Positions 45,759 to 53,071 of a stretch of DNA of 53,071 bases are shown in pieces. The position numbers were made by a program, and so were the translations under genes. Numbering within the stretch: position 1 is the first letter of the stretch; each line of letters starts with the position of its first letter. Origin of the DNA: Sciscionella sp. (GTDB lineage Bacteria; Actinomycetota; Actinomycetes; Mycobacteriales; Pseudonocardiaceae); assembly GCA_050700995.1 (NCBI GenBank), contig JBOHEL010000001.1, forward strand, positions 1 to 53,071. Reading direction: 5' to 3'. The notes beneath the pieces were generated by a model. That model saw only the letters and a list, made by a program, of their open reading frames with translations. It was not told the origin of the DNA and did not search any database.

Positions 45759-47356
45759 TGACGAACACATCGCGTCGCGCCGTGAACATCGCGGAGCTGC
45801 TCACCCAGACCGCGAGGCGGTTACCCGAGGCGTACGCGGTAATCAGCGGGGACACCCGATGGACCTGGCGCAATCTCGACCGCAAGGTCGACGCGCTGGC
45901 GCAGCGGCTGCGGCAGCGCGGCATCGGCCGCGGTGATTGTGTCCTGCTGCACAGCCCGAATCACGTCGAGTTCGTGCAGGTCATGTTCGCGACCTGGCGG
46001 GTGGGCGCGGTGCTGGCACCGACCAACTTCCGGCTGACCCCTGCGGATATCACGGGGATCGCAGGCGTCTGCCACCCGAGCCTCATGGTGTGCCACCGCG
46101 ATTACGCTGATCACGTCGAAGCCGTCAGGACTGTTCACGGCCTGCCAGGCGGCGTGCTGTGGATCGCCGACGACGGGCCGGATGCGGTTGCTTCCGCGGG
46201 CCAAGTGGACGGCTCCCTGAAGCCCGCGAACGAGCCGGTCTCGGTCGCTGACACCTGCTGGTACTTCTTCACCTCGGGGACCAGCGGCACCCCGAAGGCC
46301 GCGTTGCTCACCCACGACCAGATGGGCTTCGTAGTTACCAACCATCTCAGCGATCTGATGCCGGGTATCACCGATGCGCACGTGTCGCTGGTGGTGGCTC
46401 CTCTCTCGCACGGCGCGGGAATCCACCTGCTGCCTCAGGTTGCCCGCGGCGCTGCCAGCGTGCTCACTGCCTCGGCGAGACTCGACGGCGAGGAGGTTTG
46501 GCGGCTCGTGGAATCCGAGGCCGTGACGAACATGTTCACCGTGCCGACGATCCTCAAACGGCTTGTCGAACATCCAGCCGTGCACCGCCATGACCACGGT
46601 TCGCTCCGGCACGTCATCTACGCAGGCGCCCCGATGTACGCGGTGGACCAGGACCGTGCGCGAGGCAAGCTAGGCGAAGTGCTTGTGCAGTACTACGGGC
46701 TGGGCGAGGTCCCAGGGAACATCACGGTGCTTCCTTCGGTCGCGCACACCAGGCAGCGTCCGCAGGGCATGGAGTTCGGCAGCTGTGGATACCCTCGCAC
46801 CGGCATGCAGGTCAGTATCCAAGACGGTGGCGGCAGGGAGCTTCCGCTGGGCGGGCAGGGGGAGATTTGTGTTGCCGGACCCGCCGTCTTCGCCGGTTAC
46901 CTCAACAATCCCACGGCGAACGACGCGGCATTCCGCGAGGGATGGTTCCGCACCGGCGACACCGGCCTGCTCGACCAAGAGGGATATCTCTACGTGACAG
47001 GCCGGATGTCCGACATGTACATCTCGGGCGGATCCAACGTCCATCCACGCGATATCGAGGAGAAGCTGCTGCAGCATCCGCAGATCGCGGAGGTGGCGGT
47101 CCTCGGCATGCCCGACCCGGACTGGGGTGAGGTCGGGGTTGCGGTGTGTGTGGCAGGTGGCGACGTGGCACCCGATCCCGAGGAGCTTCGTGCCTGGCTG
47201 CAACCGCGAATCGCACGCTACAAGATGCCGCAGTATTTCTTGCTGTGGCAGGAGTTACCGAAGTCCGGCTATGGCAAGATCGCCAAACGCGCCATCCGCA
47301 CGGAGCTGCAAACGCTCGGGTGGTCGCAACCGCACGAGGCAGGTGCGCTGCCATGA
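45758..47356 (+). CDS. AMP-dependent acyl-CoA ligase
   Basis: The start forms an ATGA overlap with the thiolase stop. Contains YFFTSGTSGTPKAALLTH, GEICVAGPAVFAGY, FRTGDTG and LPKSGYGKIAKR. Confidence 0.88.
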   Translation: MTNTSRRAVNIAELLTQTARRLPEAYAVISGDTRWTWRNLDRKVDALAQRLRQRGIGRGDCVLLHSPNHVEFVQVMFATWRVGAVLAPTNFRLTPADITGIAGVCHPSLMVCHRDYADHVEAVRTVHGLPGGVLWIADDGPDAVASAGQVDGSLKPANEPVSVADTCWYFFTSGTSGTPKAALLTHDQMGFVVTNHLSDLMPGITDAHVSLVVAPLSHGAGIHLLPQVARGAASVLTASARLDGEEVWRLVESEAVTNMFTVPTILKRLVEHPAVHRHDHGSLRHVIYAGAPMYAVDQDRARGKLGEVLVQYYGLGEVPGNITVLPSVAHTRQRPQGMEFGSCGYPRTGMQVSIQDGGGRELPLGGQGEICVAGPAVFAGYLNNPTANDAAFREGWFRTGDTGLLDQEGYLYVTGRMSDMYISGGSNVHPRDIEEKLLQHPQIAEVAVLGMPDPDWGEVGVAVCVAGGDVAPDPEELRAWLQPRIARYKMPQYFLLWQELPKSGYGKIAKRAIRTELQTLGWSQPHEAGALP

Positions 47357-48267
47357 CTACCCAAATACCTGTGCGAGCGTTGTGCCATCCCGGTCCGCGC
47401 GACGCGCGGCGCAGGGAGTCCGTGGCGACCGATTCGTCAACTGTGCATACCACGCTTGCCCCAGGAATGCGGCTCGTCGACGCGCTCGGGGATGCCGTTG
47501 ACCGAACTGGATGCTCGAGCGCGCAGACCGAGATCATGGGAGGCACACTCGATCGGGTTTCGTACTCTATCCCTGCTGCCTGCGCCGACAGATCGGTGGC
47601 GATGTCTTACAGCGCAACGAAAGAAGCTCATACGCCTGCGCAGCTGATCACCGCGTCGGCGACACTCGGACATCGCGGTGGCGAGCGCTTCATGCACTGC
47701 CATGGCGCATGGCTCGACGCGCGCGGCAAACTGCGCGCGGGCCACCTTTGGCCGGAGACCAGGGTAGGCGGGGTGCCGATCTACGCGGTGATTCACCGCC
47801 TGCCCGGCGTGGACCTACACAACGCCGTTGACAGCGAAACCAGGATGCCTGCGTTCACCCCACGGCCATCGAGTGTGTCAGCGCCTGGCCACGACGCACC
47901 CACACGACGGGCGGTAATCTCGCGCGTCAAACCCGGCGAGGAGTTGCTGGCCGCGGCCAGCGACGTCTGCCGCGAGCATGGCTTTCGCCACGCCGAGATA
48001 AGGGCAAGTCTTGGCAGCATTGTCGGCGCACGGTTGCGGCAGGGAGAGCGAGTGGTCGATATCGACGGCCCCGCCACCGAAGTGGTCACCGTGTCAGGGA
48101 CGCTGCGCGTCCTCGGCGACGATCGGCTCGACTGTGAACTGTCCACGATTCTGGTGGACCGGCACGGCGTGGTACACGCGGGCAGGCTCGTGTCGGGGCA
48201 CAACCTCGTCGCCGTCACCTTCGAACTGTTCATCGCGGAAGAACACGGGGTATCGAGCCATGGGTAA
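47353..48267 (+). CDS. Tandem PPC (DUF296) domain protein
   Basis: The start forms an ATGA overlap with the ligase stop. There are two repeats of the pattern (PG..L.......G...A.I...G.L......)...H.H......G....GHL. The first is HCHGAWLDARGKLRAGHLWPETRV and the second is ILVDRHGVVHAGRLVSGHNLVAVTFELFI. Confidence 0.6.
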   Translation: MTTQIPVRALCHPGPRDARRRESVATDSSTVHTTLAPGMRLVDALGDAVDRTGCSSAQTEIMGGTLDRVSYSIPAACADRSVAMSYSATKEAHTPAQLITASATLGHRGGERFMHCHGAWLDARGKLRAGHLWPETRVGGVPIYAVIHRLPGVDLHNAVDSETRMPAFTPRPSSVSAPGHDAPTRRAVISRVKPGEELLAAASDVCREHGFRHAEIRASLGSIVGARLRQGERVVDIDGPATEVVTVSGTLRVLGDDRLDCELSTILVDRHGVVHAGRLVSGHNLVAVTFELFIAEEHGVSSHG

Positions 48268-49054
48268 TCGATTGGCCGGTCGGGTGGCGCTGGTGTTCGG
48301 GGCGGGGTCGAGCGGAGAAGGTTTGAGCAACGGCAAGGCAGCCGCGCTGGCTTTCGCCCGCGAAGGTGCAAGCGTGGCCGCGATCGACCTGAATGCCCAC
48401 GAGGCGGAACGAACCGCCAAGGAGATCACCAACGGAGGTGGTGTCGCGCTGGCATTGCGGGCCGACGTTACCGCGGAGGAGCAGGTGCGTGCCGCCGTTG
48501 CCGAGGCGTCCGTGCGGCTCGGCGCGCCAACGGTGCTGCACAACAACGTGGGTGTGGCACACATCGGGGGTGTCGTGGATCTGGACTTGCGGTCATGGGA
48601 GGCGGCATTCGCGGTGAATCTCAACGGAGTGTTTCTCACGTGTAAGCACACGTTGCCTTGGATGCTCGCTGCCGGTGGTGGCGCCATCGTCAACGTGTCG
48701 TCCATCGCGAGCATCCGGGACGTCGGCTACGTCTATCCCAGCTACAACGCCGCGAAGGCGGCCGTCAACCAGCTTACGGTGTCGTTGGCACTGCAGTACG
48801 CGAGTGCGGGAGTTCGCGCGAACGCGATTCTGCCGGGGCTCATCGACACCCCAATGGCGCGGCAGCAGGTTGTCGCTGAACAGGCAGACCCACTCGCCGC
48901 GCGGGACGCGCGCGATGCCGCCAGTCCCACCGGCCACTCCGGCAGCCCCTGGGATATCGCGGCGGCAGCGGTTTTCCTTGCTTCCGACGAAGCGGCGTAC
49001 GTCAACGGCGTTTGCCTCCCCGTCGACGGGGGTTTGTCCGCGAGATGCGCGTGA
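48260..49054 (+). CDS. SDR family oxidoreductase
   Basis: Overlaps the PPC gene by 8 nt. Contains GRVALVFGAGSSGEGLSNGKAAALAFAREGASV, NNVG and SYNAAKAAVNQLT. Confidence 0.88.
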   Translation: MGNRLAGRVALVFGAGSSGEGLSNGKAAALAFAREGASVAAIDLNAHEAERTAKEITNGGGVALALRADVTAEEQVRAAVAEASVRLGAPTVLHNNVGVAHIGGVVDLDLRSWEAAFAVNLNGVFLTCKHTLPWMLAAGGGAIVNVSSIASIRDVGYVYPSYNAAKAAVNQLTVSLALQYASAGVRANAILPGLIDTPMARQQVVAEQADPLAARDARDAASPTGHSGSPWDIAAAAVFLASDEAAYVNGVCLPVDGGLSARCA

Positions 49055-49091
49055 CGGGCAGGTCACCCGTGGCTGGCAGCGCTGCCTGCGA

Positions 49092-49547
49092 TCAGGCAGC
49101 AGGCGCGATCCGGCGGCGTAACCAGGCTGAGGCGATCGCGAGGTACACGCTCAACCCCATGATCAGCATCGCGACCGGGATGTGCGCGGCGATCAGCGCG
49201 TGCGGCCCGTCCTGGGAGGCGGCCTGGCCGAGGCCCGTCTGGATGATCATGAGCACGAACAGCCCGATGCCCGGCCACATCAGCGCGGGTCGGGTGTGGC
49301 GAAGCTGGGCACCCGCCAGGATCGCGGCAGCCAGCGAGAGCACGACGAGCACGTATGCCGTGATCTGGTGGAACTGCACAAAGCCGCTGCCTGCCTTGCC
49401 GAGGAACTCGCCGGCCCACACCGCCTGCAGCACCACGCCCAGCACGGTCAGCCACGCCAGGATCGCGAACGCGGCGACCATCCTCTCCGGTGCGGCGTGC
49501 CCGATGCCTGCCGCTCGTTCTGATCCGGGCTCCGTGCGGTTGCTCAT
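49092..49547 (-). CDS. Membrane protein (4 TM), unknown function
   Basis: 151 aa with four hydrophobic helices (VAAFAILAWLTVLGVVLQAVWAG ...). No family assigned. Confidence 0.6.
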   Translation of the reverse strand: MSNRTEPGSERAAGIGHAAPERMVAAFAILAWLTVLGVVLQAVWAGEFLGKAGSGFVQFHQITAYVLVVLSLAAAILAGAQLRHTRPALMWPGIGLFVLMIIQTGLGQAASQDGPHALIAAHIPVAMLIMGLSVYLAIASAWLRRRIAPAA

Positions 49548-49627
49548 TACGGCCTCCTGGCGAGCTGGGGTACGGGTCAGCCCACTGCGGTGCGTTCGCG
49601 GTGCGCGTGGCCCTGTGACTATGGAGT

Positions 49628-49637
49628 GTAGTACTAC
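49628..49637. promoter_or_regulatory. Candidate BlaI operator palindrome
   Basis: GTAGTACTAC is a perfect 10-bp palindrome 19 nt upstream of the blaI-like GTG. It is flanked by the direct repeats GACTATGGAG and GACTATCGGAG and by a second TGTAGAC half-site at 49642-49648. Confidence 0.4.
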
Positions 49638-49655
49638 CAGCTGTAGACTATCGGA

Positions 49656-50021
49656 GTGCGGCGACTCGGCGATCTTGAACGTGCGGTGATGGAGGTGCTG
49701 TGGCAGCGCGGCGAGCCCGTTACCGTCCGGGAGGTGGTGCGTGTGCTAGGCGAGGAGCGCGACATCGCCCCGACGACCGTGATGACGGTGCTCGACCGGT
49801 TGGCCAAGAAGGGCATCACCCGCAGGTGGCGGGAGGGCAGGGCATGGCGCTATTGCCCGGCGGCGAGCCGGGAGGCTTATATCGCGGAACTCATGCGCGA
49901 CGCACTTGATCTCACGAGTGACCGGGGGGCGGCGCTGACGCGTTTCGCCCGCTCAGTCCCCGAGGAGGAGGCACAGGCGTTGCGCCGGGCACTGGGTGAT
50001 CTGGAGAGCGATGGCTCATGA
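49656..50021 (+). CDS. BlaI/MecI/CopY family transcriptional repressor
   Basis: LGDLERAVMEVLWQRGEPVTVREVVRVLGEERDIAPTTVMTVLDRLAKKGITRR (winged helix). Confidence 0.9.
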   Translation: MRRLGDLERAVMEVLWQRGEPVTVREVVRVLGEERDIAPTTVMTVLDRLAKKGITRRWREGRAWRYCPAASREAYIAELMRDALDLTSDRGAALTRFARSVPEEEAQALRRALGDLESDGS

Positions 50022-50941
50022 CGGTGGCGACGGCGTGCTTCGCATTGGCCGTGCTGTGCATGTGCACCGCGTGGTGGCTGGGCAGGGCGCGCTGGCCTCG
50101 GCACGCGCCGGCTTCGGCAATCGTGTTGTGGCAGGCCGTCGGCCTCACGTGGGGGATCGCGCAGATCGAAGGACTGCTGGCACTCGCGCTGCTGCCCTAC
50201 CATCGCGGCGTGCTGCGCGGTGTTGTGGCGCTGGCCTCCGACATCGTCGCCGGTCGGCTGAACGCACGACTCGAAATGGCACACCTCGCGGCACTGGTGG
50301 TGGGGTTGGGGTTGGCCGCCGTGCTGGTGGGAGCCCTGGCGGTGTCGTGCTGGGACGTACACACCGCCCGTAGCCGCCACCGCGCGGTGCTGGCTCTGGT
50401 GGGCCACGGCAGCCCGAGGGCGCCCGGCGCGCTGGTGCTCGACCATCCCGCCGCGGCCGCCTACTGCATTCCCGGTACCAGGTCTGGCAGGAGCGGGGCG
50501 GTGGTCGTCAGCGAGGGCACGCTACGGCTGTTGGACCGAGCCGAACTATCGGCGGTGCTTGCCCACGAGTGGGCTCACGCCAGTGCACGACACGACCTCG
50601 TGTTGCTGCCGTTTCGTGCGCTGCGGCGGGTGGTTCCGCCATTTGATGCCTTCCGTGAGGCGTTCGCCGCGGTGGAGCTACTGGTCGAGATGTGCGCCGA
50701 TGATCGGGCGCGCACTCAGCATTCGGACGGTCCGCTTGCGGGCGCGCTGCTGCGGTTCTGTGGTGCGGAGCGGGTAGGCACGCCTGCCGGTGGGCTCGGC
50801 GCCGCCGACGTCGACGTGCTGCCGCGCGTGCGGCGCCTGCTGGAGGCACCGTCCGCTCTGCCCGGGTGGCAGCGGTTCACGGTGTTGGCCACCGCCGCGG
50901 TGATCGTCACGCTGCCCGCGGTGCTGGCCTGGTTGCCGTAG
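50018..50941 (+). CDS. M56 family (BlaR1-like) membrane metallopeptidase, no sensor domain
   Basis: Four TM segments and LSAVLAHEWAHASARHDL (HExxH). The start overlaps the blaI-like stop. Confidence 0.85.
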   Translation: MTVATACFALAVLCMCTAWWLGRARWPRHAPASAIVLWQAVGLTWGIAQIEGLLALALLPYHRGVLRGVVALASDIVAGRLNARLEMAHLAALVVGLGLAAVLVGALAVSCWDVHTARSRHRAVLALVGHGSPRAPGALVLDHPAAAAYCIPGTRSGRSGAVVVSEGTLRLLDRAELSAVLAHEWAHASARHDLVLLPFRALRRVVPPFDAFREAFAAVELLVEMCADDRARTQHSDGPLAGALLRFCGAERVGTPAGGLGAADVDVLPRVRRLLEAPSALPGWQRFTVLATAAVIVTLPAVLAWLP

Positions 50942-51233
50942 TTGCGGCAGGTTCGGCGAGAAACTCGGATTCCCGCAGCCGTACACCGCTCTTCGCGCCG
51001 CAGTGCTCGCACGTCAGCGCGATCATGTAGGTCCCGAGGTCCTCGTCGGGCCAGATACTGCCCATCTCCAGCCCGTCTCCCACCGTGAAGCGGCGATCAC
51101 CACAGCGACCGCAGGTGAGGTCCCGCGTCTCGACGACGTCCAGGACCTTGCGCCGCTGGGTGCCCGCAAGTCGGCGGTGGTTGCGGCTGAGCGGCCCGTC
51201 CGGGTTGCCGGTGTGCTCGGTGCGGGTGGTCAT
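50907..51233 (-). CDS. Zinc-ribbon-like small protein
   Basis: 108 aa with CGRCGDRRF...CEHCGA (2 x CxxC). The start forms a TGATG overlap with the upstream oxidoreductase stop. The 3' end overlaps the convergent M56 gene by 35 nt. Confidence 0.6.
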   Translation of the reverse strand: MTTRTEHTGNPDGPLSRNHRRLAGTQRRKVLDVVETRDLTCGRCGDRRFTVGDGLEMGSIWPDEDLGTYMIALTCEHCGAKSGVRLRESEFLAEPAATTATRPAPRAA

Positions 51234-52714
51234 CAGATCTCGCCCTCCTTGTCGTAGTACATGTTGTCCTCGCGCCAGCCGCCCATTCCCGCGCCGAGCC
51301 GGGAGTAGTCGTCGATGAGCTCGATGCGGTCGACCCACTTGACCATCTTGAAACCGACGCTGGTCTCCACCCTCAGTCGCAGTGGCGCCCCGTGCTCGAC
51401 CGGTAGCGGCAGCCCGTTCATCTCGTAGGCGAGGATGGTTTGCCGCTGGCGCGCCAGGGACAGGTCCATCACCTCGTAGAAGTGCCCCGTCCCCTTGGGG
51501 CGCGGTTCGTCCCGCTCGACAAGCTGGTAGGAGTGCGAGAGCACATATCGTGCCCCCGGTTCGGGTTCGGCCAGGTCGATCAGCTCGCTGAGTGGCACCC
51601 CGCCCCACTGCGCGATCGAGGTCCAGCCCTGGATGCAGTTGTGCAGGATCCCTTGCCGTTGACCGGCCATCGCGCGCAGGTCGGCCATGCTCAGGGTGAG
51701 CGGGTTTTTCACCATTCCGGCGATCTGCAGGGTCCATTCGGCGAAATGGTGCGCAGCCATGATCTTGTATTGATCGTTGGTCGGTGGGTACCCGTTGACC
51801 CGGTGCACCGGAGTGATCGCGCTGTCCGGATAGTTCTGGCGGGAAGTCATGCGATGCAACAGCAGCCGCCGTACGGTATTGACGATCGCGCCGAGCACCT
51901 TCTGCGTGCGGCGCTTATGCCGCAACGACAACTTGGTTGCCACGATGTGCAGCACAACGATCGCGGCAACCGTCGCCCCGGCGATGAGGTAGGCGGTCGT
52001 CTGGCTGGCGTGCGGGCTTCCCTGCACGATTGTGGGCAGCTTGCCCTCGATGATCACAAGCAGGACGTGCCCGATCGCGAAGAGGATGAACGCCAGCAGG
52101 CCGAGGAAATGCAGGCTGCGGGCGCCCTGGCGGCCGCCGAACAGTTTCACGTACCGGGGGAACCGGCCTTCGATCGCCGGTGACTGGGCGGCGCCCGTGG
52201 CGATCTGGAACGGTGCCAGCAGGAAGATCACGCCTGCGTAGGTGAGCTTCTGCAGCGCGTTGAAGGGCTGTCCCGGTAGTAATTGCGGTACCCGCAAGCT
52301 CAGGTACGTCACGATGTCGTCCCAGGCATGAGGGAAGACCGACCAGGAGCTCGGGACATAACGGTGATACTCCCCGGTGACGAACAGCAGGACGAGATAG
52401 CAAATCCCGAGCAGGATCCAGCCGATAACGCTGAGGAAATGCCATTTCCTACCAAGTCCCAGATTGGCGTAACCGGGCATGGCGACCGTCGAGGGCCACT
52501 CCTCTTCCTCGTCGAGCGCGGTGTACATCTTGTCCTTCGGCATCACCCGCCGGGTGAACTTCGCCCACTCGCTGCCCGGCCTTGCGTGGTCCTTCCAGTA
52601 GAGGATCGGGTGGGTGGAGAGGATCTCCATGCCGCTGCGCACCAGGAAGGACAGGAACAGCACGTTCACCCAGTGCGCGACCCGTAGCCATGCGGGGAAA
52701 TCGTCAGGATGCAC
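51233..52714 (-). CDS. Fusion protein: cytochrome b561-like membrane domain + molybdopterin-dependent oxidoreductase (sulfite oxidase/MsrP-like) domain
   Basis: The N-terminus WLRVAHWVNVLFLSFLVRSG plus several His-containing TM helices. The C-terminus LHNCIQGWTSIAQWGGVPLSELI...GAPLRLRVETSVGFKMVKWV. GTG at 52714 overlaps the upstream stop by 11 nt. The ORF could start as far back as 52789. Confidence 0.82.
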   Translation of the reverse strand: MHPDDFPAWLRVAHWVNVLFLSFLVRSGMEILSTHPILYWKDHARPGSEWAKFTRRVMPKDKMYTALDEEEEWPSTVAMPGYANLGLGRKWHFLSVIGWILLGICYLVLLFVTGEYHRYVPSSWSVFPHAWDDIVTYLSLRVPQLLPGQPFNALQKLTYAGVIFLLAPFQIATGAAQSPAIEGRFPRYVKLFGGRQGARSLHFLGLLAFILFAIGHVLLVIIEGKLPTIVQGSPHASQTTAYLIAGATVAAIVVLHIVATKLSLRHKRRTQKVLGAIVNTVRRLLLHRMTSRQNYPDSAITPVHRVNGYPPTNDQYKIMAAHHFAEWTLQIAGMVKNPLTLSMADLRAMAGQRQGILHNCIQGWTSIAQWGGVPLSELIDLAEPEPGARYVLSHSYQLVERDEPRPKGTGHFYEVMDLSLARQRQTILAYEMNGLPLPVEHGAPLRLRVETSVGFKMVKWVDRIELIDDYSRLGAGMGGWREDNMYYDKEGEI

Positions 52715-53060
52715 GGGGCACCCCCTCGTCAGCCGGCGCGGGGCGGGAGAAATAGGTGTCCCAGTCCCGCTGTTCTGGTGCGTCCACATTCCACCCGACT
52801 CGCAGCGAGATGTAGATCGCGGCCAGCAGCGCCTCGATCAGTAATCCCAGCGTGCCCAACGGGTTGTGCCAGTCGCCGACCGTCTCACGGAACCCAGGGA
52901 GCCCGGCCGTTCGGCTCACCAGATAGGCAGCCGTGCACAGTGCGGACACCGTCACCGCAAGCCGCCAGCCCGGCGCCCGGATCCCCACAGCGAGACCGAT
53001 CGCGGCCAGGAAAGAACCGGCGGCCGCCGCAATCAACAGTGCGCTTGCATACCCCGGCAC
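52704..53060 (-). CDS. Membrane protein (3-4 TM), first gene of the oxidoreductase operon; N-terminus may lie outside the window
   Basis: ALLIAAAAGSFLAAIGLAVGI, LAVTVSALCTAAYLVSRTAG and LGLLIEALLAAIYISL. The frame remains open to the window edge. Confidence 0.55.
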   Translation of the reverse strand: MPGYASALLIAAAAGSFLAAIGLAVGIRAPGWRLAVTVSALCTAAYLVSRTAGLPGFRETVGDWHNPLGTLGLLIEALLAAIYISLRVGWNVDAPEQRDWDTYFSRPAPADEGVPRAS

Positions 53061-53071
53061 CCCGGGGTGGG

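Overview
The window is a high-GC (about 70%) actinobacterial chromosomal segment. The gene content looks Pseudonocardiales-like, but I cannot confirm taxonomy without a search.

Core housekeeping genes:
- leuA
- The ask-asd operon
- An L,D-transpeptidase
- cspA
- A tRNA Glu-Asp-Phe set

Accessory material interleaved with these genes:
- Two convergent IS110-family elements (one frameshifted) lie next to a perfect 25-bp-stem palindrome. Its arm recurs 21 kb away.
- A LysR-linked pair of secreted acid-type peptidases (S53 sedolisin-like plus G1 eqolisin-like).
- A LicD-methyltransferase fusion with a coupled coiled-coil gene.
- A WhiJ-like XRE/DUF397 pair.
- An orphan ScbR/ArpA-like TetR.
- A roughly 1.9 kb stretch of gene fragments (PadR, ABC ATPase, UppS) that splits the tRNA cluster.
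- Several genes that look frameshifted at short G/C runs.
- A TetR(BkaR-like)-controlled leucine/isovalerate catabolic operon: ACAD, carboxyltransferase, Acs-like ligase, MaoC hydratase, CitE lyase and biotin carboxylase-BCCP.
- A PucR-centred cluster of unknown function: ACS-type MFS, two SDRs, an SCPx-type thiolase, a CoA ligase and a tandem PPC/DUF296 protein.
- A BlaI/BlaR1 pair.
- A cytochrome b-molybdopterin oxidoreductase fusion operon.

I saw no rRNA, CRISPR array or recognisable defence system.

The best candidates for something undescribed are:
- The PucR/tandem-PPC cluster.
- The S53+G1 peptidase module.
- The leuA leader, whose Leu codons are complementary to the leuA Shine-Dalgarno sequence.
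- The non-coding 5' region of the IS110 element.

All functional calls rest on motif recognition by eye. None was verified by database search.
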